From Lepidodermella squamata (lineage: Eukaryota; Animalia; Gastrotricha), in NCBI GenBank assembly GCA_047495785.1, contig JBLDXI010000013.1, positions 248,001 through 312,000 on the forward strand: a stretch of 64,000 nt of DNA, read 5' to 3'. Positions 29,201 to 41,001 of this stretch are shown here, piece after piece. The translations under genes and the position numbers were made by a program. The stretch's first letter is position 1. Every line of letters starts with the position of its first letter. The notes under the pieces are model-generated. The model ran no database searches, was not told where the DNA came from, and was given only the letters and a program-made list of their open reading frames with translations.

Positions 29201-29547
29201 AATCAGTCTACCAAAATGCAACATTTTAGCTCCAACAACTCTGATTTGCAACAGGAAATTGTTACCTTCAGCGGCCCCAAAGGCTTGAGAGTTACGGAGG
29301 ACCGCTTTGTCGGAGTTCTAAGTTAGAAACAATGTTTACTCAAATTAGTATTTCAGCAGACACATTGTAATTGCATCTACCCTCTAATTGAAGCTGACAG
29401 GCTTAGTCGCTCAGCGATCCCGACATCCAATGGTGTAGTGGGACGGGAGGTCTCAACAAGTCGCAAGGCCGCTCGAGCCTCATTGATGATCTCGATACTG
29501 GTTTTCACTCTGCTGACAGGAGTTTGGTAGAATGCAGACTTCATCAT
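26299..29547 (-). CDS. ARMC2: Armadillo repeat-containing protein 2 (ciliary); many small exons
   Basis: N-terminal KTSIEIINEARAALRLVETSRPTTP matches the ARMC2 signature. ARM-like blocks GVLRNVAE, TRVLSKAS, DIAVRLAFMIGNL, KTARLLANAAIDEDIG, ALNNITFF, VVANFSR and SCGLLVN. Confidence 0.85.
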
Positions 29548-30676
29548 GACTGAACTGTGGCACATCAAAAAACAAGTAAAATTATCGTAATCATATTCAC
29601 TGGCGATGAAACACTCAGCCGACGAATACCCCTGCGCTCACCGACACCACTAGGGCGAGGCTTCAAGGCCTGCAAACAAGCGTCCTTACTGACAGTTTTA
29701 AAATTATTGGCTTTCCATTTTATATTGCAACTAATTACCCGCACTTTGTAGTTTTGTTTTAATAACGTGACAAAGAATCGGTTTTGGCGCGCATATTTTG
29801 CATTTTGCATTAGTTCCCGTCCCCTTGTCGGACGTTTTGTTTGTGGTTTTGCCGACTTTCAGGCGCCTCAAGCCGGAATTGCTGAAGAAGTTAATCTCGG
29901 CGTGTGGCGTTACCTTGAGCCATTTCTTGCTGGATCATTCATTTGCCCGCCTTTCTAGTAAAAAATTGGCATCTAGTGATCAACATTTTGACTGATAATG
30001 AATGATGAATGACTGGCTTTCGGAAGGATGACTAAGTATCCAATAACACTCTTTTGACTTTTTATTTTACTGTGAAAGCAGCATTCTCGATATAAAATTG
30101 GCCTTACAGCTGTCGCGGACTTATTTTAATTCTTCGGAAAACGGAAAACGGATAATGTCTGGCCTATTTGGGTATTTCAGATATTTTCGCTGATATTTCT
30201 GTTGTCTGGCATTTTTCCTCTGACTCTTCAACATTGGCAGGGTAAGTAGCGCTCTTGTCATTTCGTCTGGACACGATTGGTTAGCGCTCGACTTTCCTAC
30301 AATTCCATATACTTAGTTGAAATGCATAGTGCATAGCCAAATCCGAGATGAGTGACGGATTCAAAAATTGGAAAATGTTGACGTGTCCCTTATCATGCAA
30401 GTGCTTGCATTTTTCTCCAAATCATCGTCAAATTTACCTTTTTCATGCCCATACCGGAATTTGACCCCAAAATCAGTCTGTTTGGATCATCAGTCCGGTT
30501 CAGACCATGAAATTATAGTGCAAAGTCCTCATTTCCGGATCGAGCCACCCCGAAGGTTCGGTTGGGACCGGCTTGGACAACTTTCACAGTATTAATGCGA
30601 CAAGATTGACATCATTGTTTTAACTTAAATCCCGTTTCTGATTTTTTCGTTTTTTCGTTTAGGATTTGATTGTAGA

Positions 30677-32366
30677 ATGGACTTGGATTCTATAATTTTT
30701 TACTCAGTCGTCGTAGCTGTGTGGGCAATTTACATCTGGGAGGCTTATCTGCATCTGCGTCAGGTTGGAAAGCATTCATACTTTCGGGTAGATTTATATT
30801 CAATTGATTTTCAGCACAATGTCGTGCGCTCTTTGGCCGAGTACCCGAAGCAGAAACTCATGGGAATAATGAACGAGGAATCATTCTCGAAGGCACGGGC
30901 CTACTCTTTGGATTCTTCGCTTTTTGAATTCTGGAGCGGTGTCATAAATCAGCTAATCACAACGGTTGATTTTTTTATAGCTAGTCTCACTCAAATTTTA
31001 TATTCAATTTTCAGGCTGTCTTGCTTTTCGGAGGCTTACCTTATGCTTGGCAGAAGTCGGTGGCAGTATCAGAAATTTTTGGATTCACTTCCGAATACTG
31101 TCACTCCCTGTTTTTCTTATTGCTGACATCGCTTTTTAATGTTGCCGTGGGTCTTCCTCTCTCAATCTACTCAACGTATGAACTTAATTCCAGCACTGAG
31201 TTAAATCTTATTTTCATTTTACAGATTTGTTATTGAAGCGAAACACGGCTTCAACAAGCAAACTCCCTCATTTTATGCAGCTGATCAACTAAAGAAGTTC
31301 ATCGTCAGCCAGATGCTCATGCAGGTAATATTTCACGAGTTCATTATAGCTGAATAATTCAACTGTCTCTTTGGCAAAATCAACAGCCAATTACTCTGCT
31401 GCTTCTGTGGATAATTGAAATCGGCGGCAAAATGTTTTTCTTCTGGGCTTGGCTATTCATGTTCGGCGTGTCTATTGTAAGTTCTGGCAACTCTGGTTTT
31501 TTTGTTTACTACTGCTTTGTACGTTTTCAGCTGATGGTCTTCGTTTACCACGATTTTATCGCACCGCTATTTGACAAATACATTCCTCTTCCCGAAGGGG
31601 ACTTGCGCACCGCAATCGAGAAGGTAATAAATTGCTGTACATTTACGATACTCGGAATACCTTGCTTATTCATCTTGTTTAGCTTTGCGTATCGCATAAC
31701 TTCCCGCTTTGTAAGCTGTTAGTTGTAGAAGGGTCAAAGCGATCAAGCCATTCGAACGCATATTTTTATGGATTCTGGAAGAATAAGAAGATAGTTTTAT
31801 ACGATACTCTGCTAGCCGAGCCTGTATTTCCGCAAGAAAACAAACCTGAACCAGAATCGAAAGACGGAGCTGAGGAGAAAAAGGTTGTCAAAGGTTGCAG
31901 CACCCCTGAAATTCTTGCTGTTCTTGCACACGAGTTGGGCCATTGGAGCCTTTGGCACAACTTTAAGAATTTGCTTCTCATGCAACTCAATCTCTTCACC
32001 AGCTTCGCACTGTTTGGGTTTCTAATAGAATACGGCTCCTTGTTCTCGGCTTTCGGATTCGTTCCTAATGCTGATCAAGAATATCCCAGCATTATCCGAC
32101 TTGGCATCGTATTCCAATTCATTCTCTTGCCCTACCATGAGGTGATCGGTTTCTTGATGACATCACTTTGCCGCAAATTCGAATTCGAAGCTGACGCTTA
32201 CGCGGTGAAAGATAAACGTGGGTCTGAACTTGCTGGTGCGTTGATCAAGCTCAACCAAGATAACCTTGGGTTTCCGTTTTCCGATTGGCTGTTCTCCTTG
32301 TGGAACTTTTCTCATCCCCCTTTGCTTGAGCGATTGGCTGCGATCAATAGCAAGAAATCTGATTAG
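30677..32366 (+). CDS. ZMPSTE24: CAAX prenyl protease 1 (STE24/ZMPSTE24, peptidase M48)
   Basis: WEAYLHLRQ, FSKARAYSLD, FVIEAKHGFNKQT, FIAPLFDKYIPLPEGDL, EGSKRSSHSNAYFYGF..IVLYDTL, EILAVLAHELGHW (HExxH), FEFEADAY and SHPPLLERL. Confidence 0.97.
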
Positions 32367-32837
32367 CTTGCGTGAACTCGTGCTGAACAACACATTCCAA
32401 AACTATTAATGTATCTTTTATTCGAGTTTCTGAAGATAATAAAATGTTGACTTCAAGCTTATTGTTTTATCAATGAAGCGCGTCTATTGCAACATAATAT
32501 ATTCAATTGGCCGAATAACGGCACAATTTGTCTCATACTCGAGCAATGTAAATAATGATCAAATTTTAGTTTAATAGAGATTCTCTGAAGCGGCAAGCAA
32601 ATGGTCAGCATTTCAGATCATTATGCAGAGGAACTTTGGTCCATTCATATTGGGACAATAGGCAGTGTGTCGACGCTATGAGCAGCAGTTGATGCTTAAT
32701 AGCTGGCTGCCTCACATAACCTATGCTAAAGATTATTAAGAACACACACCAGGTTGTAACAATGTTTCACAATAAAAGCAGGGATATAGAAATAACAAGT
32801 CCAGTCGCGTTATCTTGGAATGACGAATTGCACGTTA

Positions 32838-35825
32838 TCACTGAGAGACGACTGACCACTGTAAAATTGCTGCATCTTTGCCACCACCCGATATAACACT
32901 AGCATCGTCGGCGCTGAAAACTGCGTTCGTGACGTGGCTCGAGTGGCCGTTTGCAGCTGCGCTATGCGAGCGTGGGTTCGAGCAAGGCCAACGGAAAAGT
33001 CGCACTTTGCCAAAGTCATCACCAACAGCCATCAGGCTCTTCGAGTGGGCTTTGGCGGAGCTGTTGATATCAGTGCCATCGGCCCCATCCGGCCAGATAC
33101 CGGCCGAGGCGAACGTTAACGTACAGGAATTGGTCGCCCAACTTGAAGGCTCGCGCAACATTTCGAGCACATCGCCCGAGTGCAGCTGCTCCTGATCCTT
33201 TGTGAAGCCACCGAAAAGAATCTGTCGGCCAGTGGCAGCTTCCCAGAATAACAGCTCGTAGTCACCAGAATTTGAGCGCAAATACTTGCTATCGTTTGTC
33301 CAATCAAGATGGGTAATGAAGCTAAACAAAAAACATCATTAATCGGCGCAATAATTATAGATAAGCATTCAATTTGATGCCAATAAGGTTCAAGGAGTAT
33401 AAGAATTTGCATCGAATTAAGATCTCATCATCATCTATTACCTAATATAAGAGTTTCTTTTACTCAATTTATAAAAGTTTTCGTATTATTTCCAGTGGCT
33501 GAACTATGGCCGTAATAAATAATTTGAAACCATAGTTAAGAAATTAAGAATTTTAACGTGATAAAATTCAAATAATTACCTTGCATGACCCGAGCAACGT
33601 GAAACTCGGGCAAAAGCAAGGGTTGCACCATCAGAATTGACTGAATACACATAGATGTGCTGGTCTCTGGAGCCAACTGCGACGAAGTTGCCGTCCGGTG
33701 AGAATGCGATCGCTTCAATTTGTTCATGAGCCGGGTGATCCTTGAAAATAACTTTAGCGGCATGTACTGTGGCTGGGCCAGCGCCGTTCATTTCCTCAGT
33801 TAGATCTACGGCGATCCACTCGCCGGTCCGAAGGCCGACTGCAGCAATGTTTAAGGAAGAACGCAATGAGACGCAATGAGCGGCTGATGGCAGTTCACCA
33901 ACGGCGATCGCTCGGTGCTCGACGATATTCCAAACGTAAATGAGACGGTCGTAACCGACAGACACAGTCAATTCACTCTGAGTTGGATGGTTAACCACGC
34001 CCCACACTTCTTCGTGATGTCCTTGGATGAGCGGGGTAACAGCGGCGTTTTCTTCGATGGTATTGACCGCCAAAATTGAGCTATGACTTGTGCCGAAATA
34101 AAAAGAACCACTCGAGCTCAACTGAAGAGCTCGAACAGTGGCAGGTAACTGCATTTTTGCTATAACTGTCGGAGGTTCCTAATAAAATAAAATTTGTCAA
34201 ATGATGTCGGCGATTCTTACGCACAGGAAACTCACAGAACTGATGTTCCATTTAATAATCGTGTGGTCTTTAGCTCCAGCACTCAGGAGCCATTCGCTGT
34301 CCGGCGACACATATACTGCACTGACTGCTCCATTCGTGTGGGCGCCAGGTAAAAGTCGACCCATTCGCGTTGAGCCGCGGGTCCACCACGACAATCCGCC
34401 GTTTGAGTCCCCGGCAATTAAAAGAGATCCGTCGTTTGAATACACGCCGCAAGAAATAGCACGCGGACGGTCTTTTGCGTCAAACGTCGCCTGCTTCAAT
34501 CTGGCGATTCTCACTCCCTGTCCAGGTTTCAAAGCGGTTCCTTCCACAACAGTGACAGTCCACCAGATCAAACCAAAGCGGCCCCAAGTCGCAATTTCCG
34601 CTGGCCCGCTAGCAGTCGGATTAAAGTCCATTCCGATCAAGGAGTCGGTAGAAACGCGGGTATCTCCGAGCCGCTGACCGTTGGACCAATTGTAAACTGA
34701 TAGAACGTGTTCATTCGACTCGTCGACGGCAGCCAACAAAGAGCCAGAGTCCGCTTTGGAAAATGACAGAGCAATGACGCATCGGTCAAAGCCAGCGCCT
34801 TCTAGGCCCAAGACTTTGAGCGTCTGCAATGTGACCGAGTTCCAAATGCGAACGTGCGGTTTGCCTGCGTCTTTGTCATGGCCTGCAGTCTGCCCGCTGG
34901 CCATAGTGACGCGATCGGGATGCAACGCCAGGCATTTCACGTCATCGGTGTGTTCCGCATAAAATCGTTGCGATTGCTTGCCATTAGGCTGGAGCAAGAC
35001 GACCAAAGCGGCGCAAGCATAGACGAGTTCGCCGGTAGGTAGCTGCACGATCTGCTTACCGCGGAAGCCATGGGCCCATTCCAGGTTCAAAGTCTCAGCC
35101 GGGGCTTCGCTGGGGCGGGTGATGTCGAAGGAGTCGTTCGATGCAGTTGGAGCATGCAATGAGATGGCGCGACCGCGCAAGTAGAGTCGCAAAACGCCGG
35201 TCTCACGGTCGAATGACGCTTCTTTCGATTTAACGAGAGCGCCTGCGCCCCGGGCGGTCGACGGGCGGGGCTTCTTGCCTCGAGGAGACGGCTGCGGGGC
35301 AGTTTTAGCCGGTTCCTTGGCCGATCCATTAGCAACAGCAAGGCTGTTGTGCGTGGCTGATTTCACAACTCGAGTTGTCGTTGTTTTCGTGCCGATCGAT
35401 GATCTGCGGGCAGGTGGCGGCGCCGGGTGCGACGCAGAGGCCTGCCTTTCGACGCCATTCGCCTTCTTAGCTTTCTGCGGCGAACCAGCAGAGTGCAGCG
35501 GTGCTCTGATTTGCGGTTTCACAGCGGCTGCGGCGTCCAGTTTAGCCACCGTTGCCGAGAGTGTGGCAATTTCATTCTGCTGCTGTTTAATTGTATCTTC
35601 CGTTATCGCAAGGCGAGACTTCAGAACGTCGATTTCGGCTCGTAACAGATCTACATCTTCCTGGGTTGCCATTTTCGGCTGTGGTGGGTCTTTCCTCTTT
35701 GGCGGTATCGACTTGCTTCGATGACCAGGTGAAGACGGCGACTTTAGGGTGCTGCGAGGAGTCGGGCTGACAGACACCGACCGAGGGGGGCTCGTTGATT
35801 TCCGGCTTTGACTCGCTACAGGCAT
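32838..35825 (-). CDS. EML: Echinoderm microtubule-associated protein-like (EML1-4 type): coiled coil, basic region, HELP motif, WD40 TAPE domain
   Basis: LRLYLRGRAI, LNLEWAHGFRG (HELP), EHTDDVKCLALHPD..MASGQTAG, SGHASFITHLDWTNDSKYLRSNSGDYELLFW, GIWPDGADGTDIN and GHSSHVTN..GGKDAAILQW. Confidence 0.95.
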
Positions 35826-36546
35826 TTTTTAATTAGAAATGAACATTAGCAAATGGCACCCAGTGAAGTTTACCTGGAATAACAGCGGCAATCGATACGT
35901 ACCAGGTGACTCTGAAATCACCAGCAGCACTTGTAAAGCTCTACACATATGAAAAGCAAAGGACATAGATGAATTAACCCAAAGGATGCCGATGGCCGGC
36001 TGGAATACGGATGCGCTCGCCGGTCATCGCGACATAATTGCTAAAGTTCACGCAAAAGCCTTCAGCGGCGCCTGATGATATGAACACGCACGGAACCTGA
36101 TATTTCGAGCAAATTGTCGAGTGCGACGAAACGAGTCGCGAGCCGCAACTACAAAAGTGAGTCGCGACGTACCTATAGCGAGTTGTTATTAGATCAATAC
36201 ACGGAAACCTGGAGCAAAGCCGACGGCACAGTAAAATCGATGACGCCGCAGTCATAAACAACAAGTTGAGCCGTTAATTCAGATGATTAATATATCTACA
36301 TGAAAAACATTAAACAACGGTAAATAAATAGCAGACCTGTTGACTATATTTAGCAAATTTTTCCATTGCACAGCCGGGAGAGAGATAATACGTATTCAAG
36401 ATGCAAAATGTTCCCCAAGGCGGGAGCGCATGAAGCTCATTCTGCTGCTTTATCCGTGCAACGTGTACAACGTGTGTTTTATTATATATCCATTGAATAT
36501 ATATAAATAGTTTAAAGCCGGACCTCGGGATCTCCTTGCGGAAGTG

Positions 36547-37608
36547 TTAAAATGGACGGAGCACACCCCACAATAAAGCTACGGGTTGACAGAAGGCGGC
36601 CACGCCCAAGACATACAGACGATATTTGCGGATCATTGGTGATGCATCAGCCAGTAAGCGAGGCTTCAGCGATCTCACAGTAAAAACTGTCAACGAAAGA
36701 GCAAGAGCAGAGGCGGTCATGAAGGATGCCCACCAACCAAACAGTCCATTGATGATGACGATAAAGACCATGCTAAATAAAGCAGTTGATTCAGCTGGGT
36801 AATCGAGTATTCAAATAGCGAAACTTACGGTAAAAATTTGTAGGACGCGTATGCGCACAAGTGAAGGAGCGGAACGAAGTCTGAAGCGCTCGCGATCCAA
36901 ACAAAAAGCCACAGGAGCCCGACTTCAATGATCCAGTAGGCGATAGACGCAGATGCGATCGTACCGAGCAGGTCCGGCGTGAAGCGACCTTCAGCGCCAA
37001 GCATCCAACCGGTTGCTAATAGATATGTAACAAAAGCCATCGAGGGAATGTACAAATCGACTGTAGCAGCATCTTCGCGCGGTGAATGCTTTTTCTCGCC
37101 ATCTCGTGAAACAGTCGAATACCAATCTTTCGACGGAATTGTGAATGGCATAAGGAGGCGGAAAATCTTGCGCATGACATAACTTGTGTCCACGTCGAAA
37201 TAACTTTTCAAGTAAGTTTTGCCGACGTAACGGTCGATGCCAGTTGAAACATACTCGCGGCCACTCTTAGTCAGCGTGTCAAAAGCTGCCGAGGCGATGC
37301 CCGGATTTGCCGCGAGGGACGAAATAAGTGGATCAATGAACTGACGGTTCGGTGCATTGGCTCCGCCATTAGGGTCGTAGAAGTAGTTGTTTTGGCCGGC
37401 TGGAGGAAATGGAGCATTCGTGGGCTGCTGAGGAGCGTAGTTTTGCGGCTGGAAATTTGGCTGTGAATAGCCTGTTCCATCAAAACAGCTTTTAGCTTAT
37501 GTTCTCACATAGTGTGCGTGATAATTTGAATATACCTTGCTGATTGTATTGTGATGATGCATGATCTCCGGATGGATACTGCTGTTGCCCGTAATTTTGC
37601 CCGTACAT
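36547..37608 (-). CDS. YIF1: YIF1 ER-Golgi membrane trafficking protein; 3 exons
   Basis: LKSYFDVDTSYVMRKIFRLLMPF, PREDAATVDLYIPSMAFVTYLL, RFTPDLLG, AYASYKF and FTVRSLK; multiple transmembrane segments. Confidence 0.93.
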
Positions 37609-37997
37609 TGTAATAATATAAACCTATCCAAGCAGCATGAAAATCGCTTGTGTTAACAATATGGCAACACGTGGAAAATATTAATTAAGGTTAATACAGG
37701 CGGTATCATACCATTTTATCTGCCAGGTGTTCCCTTGTCAGAAAAGACGCGACGGAACGCTCATTGATCATCATGAGACCAAGATGTAGAGCCGAAATAA
37801 CATGATGCCAAAATAGGCGTTTAGGTATGCATTTCAACCCGGTGGCGATGTACAGATTTTGGTATGTATAACATTAAGGTTAGTAATAAAAAATAGAAAA
37901 ATATCGATAACACAGGAGCAAGGTTGAAACTTTCATATTGACCCAAATTCTCAAACTTCCGTGTTTTTCTGTCAGATCGGCGTAAGTAAGGCTGCAC

Positions 37998-38070
37998 TAC
38001 CGTCAACTGGGGTGACTTTGACGGTGGGGTCACTTTGCCATGCGCAAATGGGGTCACTTTAGCATGTACT
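37998..38070. mobile_element. Solitary terminus of a Tc1/pogo-like DNA transposon or MITE
   Basis: TA|CCGTCAACTGGGGTGACTTTG followed by two more GGGGTCACTTT subterminal repeats, a layout seen in pogo-type TIRs. No partner TIR found in the window. Confidence 0.4.
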
Positions 38071-38769
38071 GGTTTCGACAATTTGACGTTTTTCTCATTT
38101 TCGCTCGAATATAATATCATAGCATATAATACACTAAATGAGGGTCCTCACTTTTCAAGGCACGTCATCACCATTGAGAAAACCGGGTGGCCGTGAAAAA
38201 ATCTACAGTAGTTAACGATAAAAAAAATAATTGGCAAATGGCGAGGTTCGTATTGCCAACATCGGCCGGCGCGGGGAGTTGGTCATATTCAAGTACGGGT
38301 TCTCATTTTTACGAGGCGCTGCTTAGTCAATGTCGTTTTCAACAGTTCATTTTTCTGTGCAAACAAAAGTTGACGACTTTACTTAGGTTCGAACGCAGTC
38401 CACTACATTACCAGGAATTGTCGCTTGTCGCCCCATCTATTCGATTGATGAAGCCGATTGATGAAGCAGACTGAGAGAACTGGCACCCTTCAAGCGACAC
38501 AATGATAATGGTAACCGATCGATGATCTTCCGATGTGTGAGAAAGAGAGCTCTTGGTAAGAATGAGATGGAACGTTGATGGCTCCCCTGGCGAACCGCAT
38601 ATGTGTCAGAGGCGAATATGATATATAATATAAACATCTGATATCTGATCTCCGCGTCATAGCCGAATAGCGATAATTTACAACTGTCTGCTGCTGCCGG
38701 TCTTGATTGCGTTAAATTCTCGTTAAATACTCGTCTCCGCAATTGGCTTCACCCTGACACAAAAGCAGG

Positions 38770-39290
38770 GCGCTCTCTTGATTCGGCTTCCAGCTAGGAC
38801 TTTCTACCAATGACAGTGACGCTGTGGTCACTGTGGTCTAGCTCCTGAGATAGAGCGTGGTGTACCTGCCTATGCATGCTTCGTCGATTACACCAGTGCG
38901 TTCGATACTATAAACCATTCCTTATTGTTGCAGAAGTTCCGTGATCGGGGCATTCCTGAAGGTTTCGCTAGAATAATATCTAGCATGTACTCAAATTGCC
39001 GAGCCTCGGTCATGGTAAACGAGGTGATTCCTTCCCTCTGAATCGCGATCCGCTAGTGCCCCTCTTCTTCAAGCTATTTGTAGACGACATACGACGTAAC
39101 CGATGAATTGGCTAAACTTGACAGCAAGGGTCTTCCACTAGGTCTACCGTATGATTCGGGTTAGTTACGATTTGCAGATGACCTGCTGATCTTCGCTTAC
39201 CGTCCTATTCAATTACAAAGTACCTTTTCCGTCTAAATTCTAATGCTAATCTAATGTGAACGAATTATCAGTTAATGTTTAATGTTACAA
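38770..39290 (+). mobile_element. Decayed non-LTR retrotransposon (LINE) reverse-transcriptase fragment
   Basis: Ordered RT motifs in broken frames: FGFQLGLST; YACFVDYTSAFDTINHSLLLQKFRDRGIPEGFARIISSMYSNCRASV; DPLVPLFFKLFVDDI; LRFADDLLIFA (FADD at 39171-39182). May extend upstream to about 38330. Confidence 0.85.
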
Positions 39291-40004
39291 CTCACGAATA
39301 TATGCGACACAGTCATATTGTAATAAATGCGATCGCACTTCTAGGGTTCTCTTGGTCGGGGCCGACAGCGGAAGACGAAGCAAGAGACCTGGTTCATGAG
39401 TCAGGAGTCCGCTCTGCTAACCGAATTCTGTAATCTGAGGGCACACAATTCATTACGGATAGAGGCGGAGAGTGACTACTGCAGCTATAAGTTTGACGAC
39501 GTTTATGTTTTCGCGAGAATGGATCGAAATGAGACAGGGATGCCTTATGCCTGTAATATTGCTATGGTCGCGCGCGTCCTGCACTACGCATCTCTCATTC
39601 CTCGCAGAAAAATGACAACGCGCAGTGACGTATAGCCGCGCGCAATTTAAAATGTACGCTTCATGCCGGTGAAGGTTTTTCGAAAAATTGCCGATTAATT
39701 AAGAATATTTGAGGATTTTGATGGCTGTATATTTTCTGAGGCTACATTTTAAAAAATGCAGTATGTTTCAAATATAATTGCTGGCAAGGTCAAGCTGAGT
39801 TGTATTTAAATGAAATATTTCGAGGGCGTCAAAAGAGGCCTGTGAGTCACTTCTCGACGCAACTGGCTTCCGTGAAAGCCTACTATGTGTTTCAAGATTG
39901 TAGTGTGACCCCTACTCTGCTTTTGTTACAATTCGCTGCTGGTTACCGTATCCGATCTATCGAATAATATATTGGTACTACAGCTTTATTACGCCCGATA
40001 CCCG

Positions 40005-40723
40005 ATGTCTGACAACTGCCATGTATGCTGTGTGAAAGGGAAATTCAACAAAACTTTGGTTAGGTTTTTTTCAAGACAAAGCTTCATTTTCCCTAAGCTT
40101 GTTTTCAAAAAAGTGGGGCTGTGCGAAATGTAACTTCTTGGTATGCGCAAAATGTTCTTCAAGTCAACCTAATCGCATTTGCTCCCGATGTCGAGTGAAG
40201 CAAGATGCGCTTGATAACTCAAAATTAACATCACCAACTAGTCTTCCTTCTAACATACCTGCTGCTTTTACGGATGCGCAACTAAACTTCAACGCCGATG
40301 ATCTTCCAGAAGCTTTCCTCCGGTTGGTCTACATTTTTGTATGTAATGTTAACGGTTGGCTTACTGCCTTACAGCCGAGTCACGCTTCAGCAGCAACCCA
40401 CTCCAAGCTTTGTTGACCGCCACGTATTGCAAACGTCCAGTGCCCTACCGCCCAATGTCACCGCTGAAGCTGCTAAAGCAGACCAACAGGCTATTGCAGA
40501 CATTGAGCGTCGTTTGTTGAGATTAAAAGGCATAGAACCTACGCCCTCTAATCAATCTTCGAGTTACAAATGTGGCATGTGTGGCGTGCTTGCTACATAC
40601 CGATGCGGCGAGTGCTTTACGCTTATCGGCACGGGAGTTCAAGAATACTATTGCAACCGCTGCTTGGCGATCACTCATACTAATAACGAGCGTTTTGCTG
40701 GTCACAATCCATGTTTGCTTTAA
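40005..40723 (+). CDS. ZFYVE19: ZFYVE19/ANCHR-like protein (atypical FYVE plus C-terminal B-box-type zinc finger), about 203 aa, 3 exons
   Basis: Exons 40005-40058, 40114-40322 and 40375-40723. CHVC..GCAKCNFLVCAKC..ICSRC; LPEAFLRRV; DIERRLLRLKG; CGMCGVLATYRCGEC..YYCNRCLAITH..GH. Confidence 0.75.
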
Positions 40724-41001
40724 TCGCAGTTGCTTTTCATTATATTGTGGTTAAATTTTAAAATATGAAATTTCTATGGTACTATAATGTACAATGCGCT
40801 CTCGATTGCCCCGGCGAATTTTCAAGTTACCCGATTTCAAATTCAAGTAAAACTTGACTATAAAACTCACAGCAGTATTAGCTGTATGCTTCGAAAGCGC
40901 GGTTGTCTGTGGTAAATTTTGCAACAAATTGCTATGCTCATTTCTGTTGCGTCCGATTGAATGCTTAACTTAGTACCGTTTATTTTTAGACTTACTTTGT
41001 A

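Noticed and set aside
29565-29995. Small ORFs upstream of ARMC2
   Set aside because: Could not be assembled into a coherent spliced gene; probably UTR or promoter sequence.
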